A stretch of 64,000 nucleotides of DNA from a virus (taxonomy: Duplodnaviria > Caudoviricetes): IMG/VR virus record IMGVR_UViG_3300036783_000080, positions 1-64,000 of that record, one strand, 5' to 3'. The notes beneath the pieces are model-generated. The model was not told the DNA's origin, did not search any database, and saw only the letters and a program-made list of their open reading frames with translations. Position numbers and translations under genes: made by a program. How positions within the stretch are numbered: position 1 is the first letter of the stretch; the number at the start of each line of letters is the position of its first letter. This document shows positions 59,179 to 64,000 of this stretch, piece by piece.

Positions 59179-59259
59179 AACCGCTCCTTTTCCTACTTGG
59201 TTAGTGTGTAAGAACTATCTTACAAGGTATAGCATAGTATATTATACTACAATGGTCAA
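59179..59259 (-). repeat. early promoter + 5' stem-loop + RBS cassette, copy 3
   Basis: TTGACC-17-TATGCT with a near-identical leader. Confidence 0.85.
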
Positions 59260-59334
59260 GTGTTTATTCTGAAATTGTTGAAATTATTTTTTATGTAAAA
59301 GAAAAGAGCTGAATATAACAGCTCTTTACTAGGA

Positions 59335-60858
59335 TTATTTTATGTCATCTTCCTTTAATGGATTTCCATTAGCATCTTTTATAACAATACGAAGAACTTC
59401 AGTTAATGGCAAGAGATGTACAGAACCGTCTTCTTGTCCAGCAATTATGAAGCGTTCTTTTTTCACAGCATCTCGCAGCCAGAACTTAATATCAGAAGTT
59501 TCTACATCAACAGTATGTTCCTCAATGACTTTCTTTCCTACTTCCTTTATATCAGGAACAAGAAGAACGAATGTAACATTATATTTCTTCATTTTTGGAG
59601 AAGAGATACCAACACCAACAGATTTCTCAGTAATACTTTTCTTTTCCATTATTTACCACCCTTTCTTCTCTCATCAATTATACAACCTAACATCACGCCT
59701 ACGAACAACACAACCCAGAACAAAGTAGCCATTACCTTCTATCAAGCAACTTTTGCATTTCTTTTTGTTGCTCTCTAAGTTCTTTCTTCTCAGCATGGTC
59801 TTGGTCATAAAGTACGCCGCTTGCGATAGTTGTTACGATTAATAAGACAACGCCACCAACATATTGTTCTTTAACTATAAGAAGAAATAATCCACTCAAC
59901 AACATAGCAAAGATAGAAAGAGCCATCATAGTTCTCGGAACATTTAATTGGTCTTTTTCTACACTAGTGAGAATCATTCTTGGTCTGTCGTCTGGTAATA
60001 TCTTTGCTGTTTTGTCCCATTCTTCTATTTCTTTCTTTAGATATTCTTTTTCATCTTTCGCCATTTCATGTCCTCCTAATATAGACGTAAACTGTTGGCT
60101 TCCTCTGGTTCACAATATTCTTTAATATATTCATTGTACTCATCAATAATTTGTCTGGGTAACATACGTGTAATTGTGTCAAACTCTGTGTACTGTGTTT
60201 TTATCTTTAGGTATTGTATGCAACCATCTTCACCATACGGTTGTATCTTCAACATGCGTAAGAAATATGCTTTTCTCTCAACAAGATATTGAATAAAACT
60301 GTAATTATTGTCACCTATGTCCATGTTTGGGCAGCTCCTTCGCTTTTATGACATACATTGAAGAACTTTCTTCAAAGTAACAATCAACACCATAGTTAAT
60401 TACATCCCTTACATCAATCATCTCCCTTTGAGGGATTCTGATTTCACCGCCATAATGTTGTATAATGTTGCAGAAATATCGTAATAGCTTGTGATAATTC
60501 TGTTCTTGTAACGCCAGCTTTCCTTCAAGAATCTTAATGTATTCTTTATCTTCCATTAGTTTCTCACTTTCCTTTTGGAGATACTAACTTTAGCGAAGCC
60601 GATTTCACCACATAATTCTGCAATGAATCTATCGCTGAGAGCTTCACACATCTGAATGAATCCGTTTAAATCTGAATGGAATCCCATAGTAATTTCTTCA
60701 CCTTCATCAGTTCCACCAAGGTCTATCGGCACACCATTGTAACGTTTCCCAGGGATTGCGATATAACCATCAATGTCTTTCGTTAATGTTAACGTTTCAT
60801 CAATCTTAACATCCAAACCCAAATCTAAAGCTTCCATAACCTTTAATGTCTTTCTCAT
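59335..60858 (-). other. five small hypothetical CDSs (59335-59649, 59732-60064 membrane, 60076-60324, 60311-60556, 60556-60858)
   Basis: Tightly packed or overlapping minus-strand ORFs. Confidence 0.55.
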
Positions 60859-61457
60859 TTTGCTTCGTTCATCTCCTTAATTCTCTGGCCAACTTCCACA
60901 TCAAATTTGAAGCTCTCAATGTAAACATCTTTTAATTGAGCAGATAGCTCTTTAAATTGTTCTTCATCACCTGCGCTCAAAGAGGTATCAATCTCAGCTT
61001 TCAAGCGGCGTTCTTTTCCTTGAATCATCGTAACATTAAGGAATGCATCAAGCATCTCTTTCTCTTCAGGTTTTAAATAGACATCAATATCGTATGGATG
61101 CGGCTCAATAACTTCCATAAAACGAAGGTCTTGGAAACGATTAGGCAGAAAAATCTCCACATAAGTTATTTCATTAAGATTCATACGAATGTCGTGGAAT
61201 CCTTTTTCTGGGTCTTTCGTGAACACTTCTCCATTTTTGAAGAACTTGAACGCAGCTGGAGAGCCTTTGGCATCCTTTACCGCAATCTTGAATCCTCTTG
61301 GAACGTTCCGTATATCTGTTGTAAATACAATATTCTCAAGAATACGGTCTTTTGAAGCAAGAAAATCAAGAATCCAAACATTTTCTCTTTTACGATGTTC
61401 AAAGTTGTTCATAACGTATCTGATGAACGCTCTTTTTTGTGTAACCGTTACAGTCAT
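60855..61457 (-). CDS. ypiB: YpiB/ReoY-like protein (UPF0302 + IDEAL)
   Basis: QKRAFIRY...KRENVWILDFL...F.F.KNG...DPEKGFHDIRMN...EIDTSLSAGDEEQFKELS pattern. Confidence 0.75.
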   Translation of the reverse strand: MTVTVTQKRAFIRYVMNNFEHRKRENVWILDFLASKDRILENIVFTTDIRNVPRGFKIAVKDAKGSPAAFKFFKNGEVFTKDPEKGFHDIRMNLNEITYVEIFLPNRFQDLRFMEVIEPHPYDIDVYLKPEEKEMLDAFLNVTMIQGKERRLKAEIDTSLSAGDEEQFKELSAQLKDVYIESFKFDVEVGQRIKEMNEAK

Positions 61458-61534
61458 CTTTATCTCCTCCTTTACCTAATATAAGGGAGGAAGCACAAAA
61501 CGTTTCCCTGTAATCATGGAAAAAAGAATCCTTT

Positions 61535-62056
61535 TCAGGATTCTTTCGGGGAATAACACCAATGTACTTGTCCACATTGTCCACAAGGAGAATAGAAGTA
61601 ACTTGTATCAGTTGTCTCGAATTTAGTTAGTCTTACAGCAGTCACTCTATCTTCAGAAGGTTCTCCAGTTCTTGCAACTTGAGCCCACATATTCTTATGA
61701 GTTTCAGGACACATTATAGCAGTCACATCAAATCCAAACGAAGGCATGTCTCCTGTATACTCCCAGTTCATAACGCCAATTCCTTCACCATATCGTTTTA
61801 CAGCTTCTTCCAACAACTTGAATGGCGGATTAATCCTCTTGTGTTTTGGTCTGTCAGGAATCTCAAAGAAATATGAAGGAGTCATTCTCTCAAAGCTAGT
61901 TGATTTGACATAGTTAATCTTTCTATTTTTCAAGAATCTTTCAAACCGATTCACTTCAGATTCCATTACCATTTCATAGTTGTCAACTTCTCCTTGAATA
62001 AGCATACGCACGATTGTTGAGAAATGGTCTTCTAAGCCAAATTCAGGACTTATCAT
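61535..62056 (-). CDS. hypothetical protein
   Basis: 173 aa with C-terminal CGQC. Confidence 0.6.
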   Translation of the reverse strand: MISPEFGLEDHFSTIVRMLIQGEVDNYEMVMESEVNRFERFLKNRKINYVKSTSFERMTPSYFFEIPDRPKHKRINPPFKLLEEAVKRYGEGIGVMNWEYTGDMPSFGFDVTAIMCPETHKNMWAQVARTGEPSEDRVTAVRLTKFETTDTSYFYSPCGQCGQVHWCYSPKES

Positions 62057-62368
62057 AGTTTTCCCTCCGACTTATTAAAAGATTCACCCTGCAAGCCGCC
62101 TAATGGCTTAGATGTTAGGTTTTTCTTGAAGTCCCCTCTAAGAGCTTTCTGCGCACAAGCACCGCAAGTCGTTTTATATTCCACTTCTAACGGTCTTCCA
62201 CATCCTGTACAACGTTGTTTAGCCATCATTGTTCTCCTTTCAGCCTTAAGGCTTCCGCTTTACGGATTTTTATTGGTATCTTCTTATAGCATATAATACA
62301 AAGCAGCTTTTCCTTAAATTGGACAAAGTATGTTGTTCCTTCACGTCCACAGCGTTCACACTTCTTCA

Positions 62369-63931
62369 TCAGTGGATAACTCCAATACTATGCGCAACCC
62401 ATTGCGTTTTAGGTGACCAGAAACACATAAACTCCTTCGTTGATTCATTAATCTGCATCATAATAGTATAGCGTTGATTCAAACCTAAAGGAAGCTCGTC
62501 ATTGGCCATTTTCTCGTACATCTTCAAAGCTGCCATACATTCTTCATGTTGTTCTATCGGAGTATCTGAACCCTTGTGAATAGCCATAACATTACGGAAC
62601 GCATTCATTCCAGTGAACTGTGTATACATGTTTAAGAAATCCTCTTCTTTATTCCTCATTTTGTAAAGCTCCTTCCTTTAATCGAATATCTTTCCATCGT
62701 TCCCACATTTCGTTTGTAGGATTCTTCTTGTTAACCCAGCCTTCACTATCTCTGTAGTCAATCTTCCCAGCATAGATTTCATCGCCTTTCTTACCAGAAA
62801 CCTTTTCACCAGGACAATCCGTTGTTAAAGAGCCTTCAAATAATCCACATACTTTACATAAGGACAAACCGCCATCAATGATGTTCCGTTCTTCCCATTC
62901 CGTTGTACAATCTTTACCAGTCATATATTGGTGATTCATTCCAGTCTTCCCTCCATCTCTTTCATCTCTTCCAAATATTGATTCCAAGGAATCGCAACGA
63001 GCTTGAATATTGTTTTATCATTCTCAGTAAGACGTACTTTAATCACATAATACTGTTTAATAATTTCAGGTAATATCGTGTTAATGTGGACATCAAAGTC
63101 GCATATAACCTGAGAGAAAGTCAATCCGTTTGTAACTGAATTGCATAACCGCTTTGTGAACTCCTTCTGTTGGTCTTTCAAGAATCCCTGAAGGAATCTC
63201 TCAATGTCTTGAATAGAACGCATATTAACACCTCCTACATAATAAAAGGAGCGACTCATAAAAGCCGCTCCCATAACTCAGTGTCTTCTCTTGTAGTTTC
63301 TGAAAGCCAGTTTGTCCTTAATATTAAGGAATACGTCAATGGATAGTAATGTCATAGATAGATACAACAGGGAATGATAGCCTGTTATGACGCTTATGAC
63401 AAAACATAGGAATCCAACTAGAAGACAGTATGTAGAGCCAGATGTGTCCATATACATGTCTCCCCAAGTTAACACAATAAGTATCTTCGCCAACACTAGG
63501 ACGACAACGAGCGTGTGTAATAATAACATATTATTTATCCTTTCTTAGTATTTACTAAAATCAATATTTGCTGTAAAGGACTTTCTAAAGTTGTTGACAC
63601 GTGCAAAAGCTTTGTCAAACGGATTCTTTGTAGCTTCCTCTGCTTCTTCATATTCTTTTCTAAGCTCTTTCTTAATTAATCCTTCACCATAGTCTTTTAA
63701 ATCAAACTTTTCCATTATAGCACCATCCACTTCAATGTCAGCATGAAATTTCGCAGTGAATTCCTCTTTAGTACCTTTAAAAATGTCTATCTCGGCCAGA
63801 ATATTGTGCGGGATTCCAGTGAATGGTGACATACATGAGTATTCAACTCTTACATAACAAAGTCCATCCTCTTCTGAATATAGAGTTCTCGCACTAAATG
63901 GGATAGCGTATACTGTTGGTATGTTTGACAT
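62369..63931 (-). other. five hypothetical CDSs (62369-62659, 62649-~62938, 62936-63223, 63278-63529 membrane, 63545-63931)
   Basis: ORF track plus RBS-like sequences; starts partly approximate. Confidence 0.55.
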
Positions 63932-64000
63932 GTTACATTCCTCCTAATTTGTTATAATATAATAATTCTACGTTAAAGCTCAATTCACCTCCCTTCGCAT

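Noticed and set aside
57648-59259. Repeats read as a CRISPR array or IS ends
   Set aside because: They are direct repeats made of promoter, hairpin and RBS, separated by whole genes; no transposase seen
544-61876. Plus-strand ORFs in the track (e.g. 8963-9406, 25388-25966, 37997-38479)
   Set aside because: Antisense shadows of well-supported minus-strand genes; no recognisable motifs and no convincing RBS noticed
1-64000. tRNA or rRNA genes, integrase or repressor
   Set aside because: None recognised by eye; a tRNAscan-SE or Infernal run would be needed to exclude small RNAs formally

Overview
The window is 64 kb of a large lytic Bacillus-group myophage genome with an SPO1/Twort-like (Herelleviridae-type) virion module; essentially every credible gene is on the minus strand. 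Read in the direction of transcription (right to left), it contains: (1) about 19 kb of small early/middle genes with repeated sigma-A-type promoter cassettes and a second promoter class that doubles as terminators, including three IDEAL-domain proteins (one YpiB/ReoY-like) and an HNH nuclease; (2) terminase, a SigF/G-like sigma factor, CYTH and DHH enzymes, an SNF2-like ATPase, an AT-rich repeat region, a SpoIIID homologue, holin, Fpg/MutM, a 3D-domain protein, a GIY-YIG nuclease and PhoH; (3) a head module with a MuF-like protein, an 867-aa protein carrying a PARP-type ADP-ribosyltransferase domain, portal, protease, scaffold, and a major capsid gene split by a 305-nt group I intron; (4) neck, amidase, sheath, tube, frameshifted tail chaperone, tape measure and baseplate genes. 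The main observations are: a PARP1-like enzyme between MuF and portal that shares a small N-terminal domain with the SNF2 ATPase; a tail tube precursor carrying the ribosomal protein L27 Prp-cleavage motif LRLDLQFFA; an ORF-less group I intron in the capsid gene beside a free-standing HNH gene with its own promoter; and an Fpg gene that probably starts at AUU. All family assignments come from motif recognition by eye; no database search was run.
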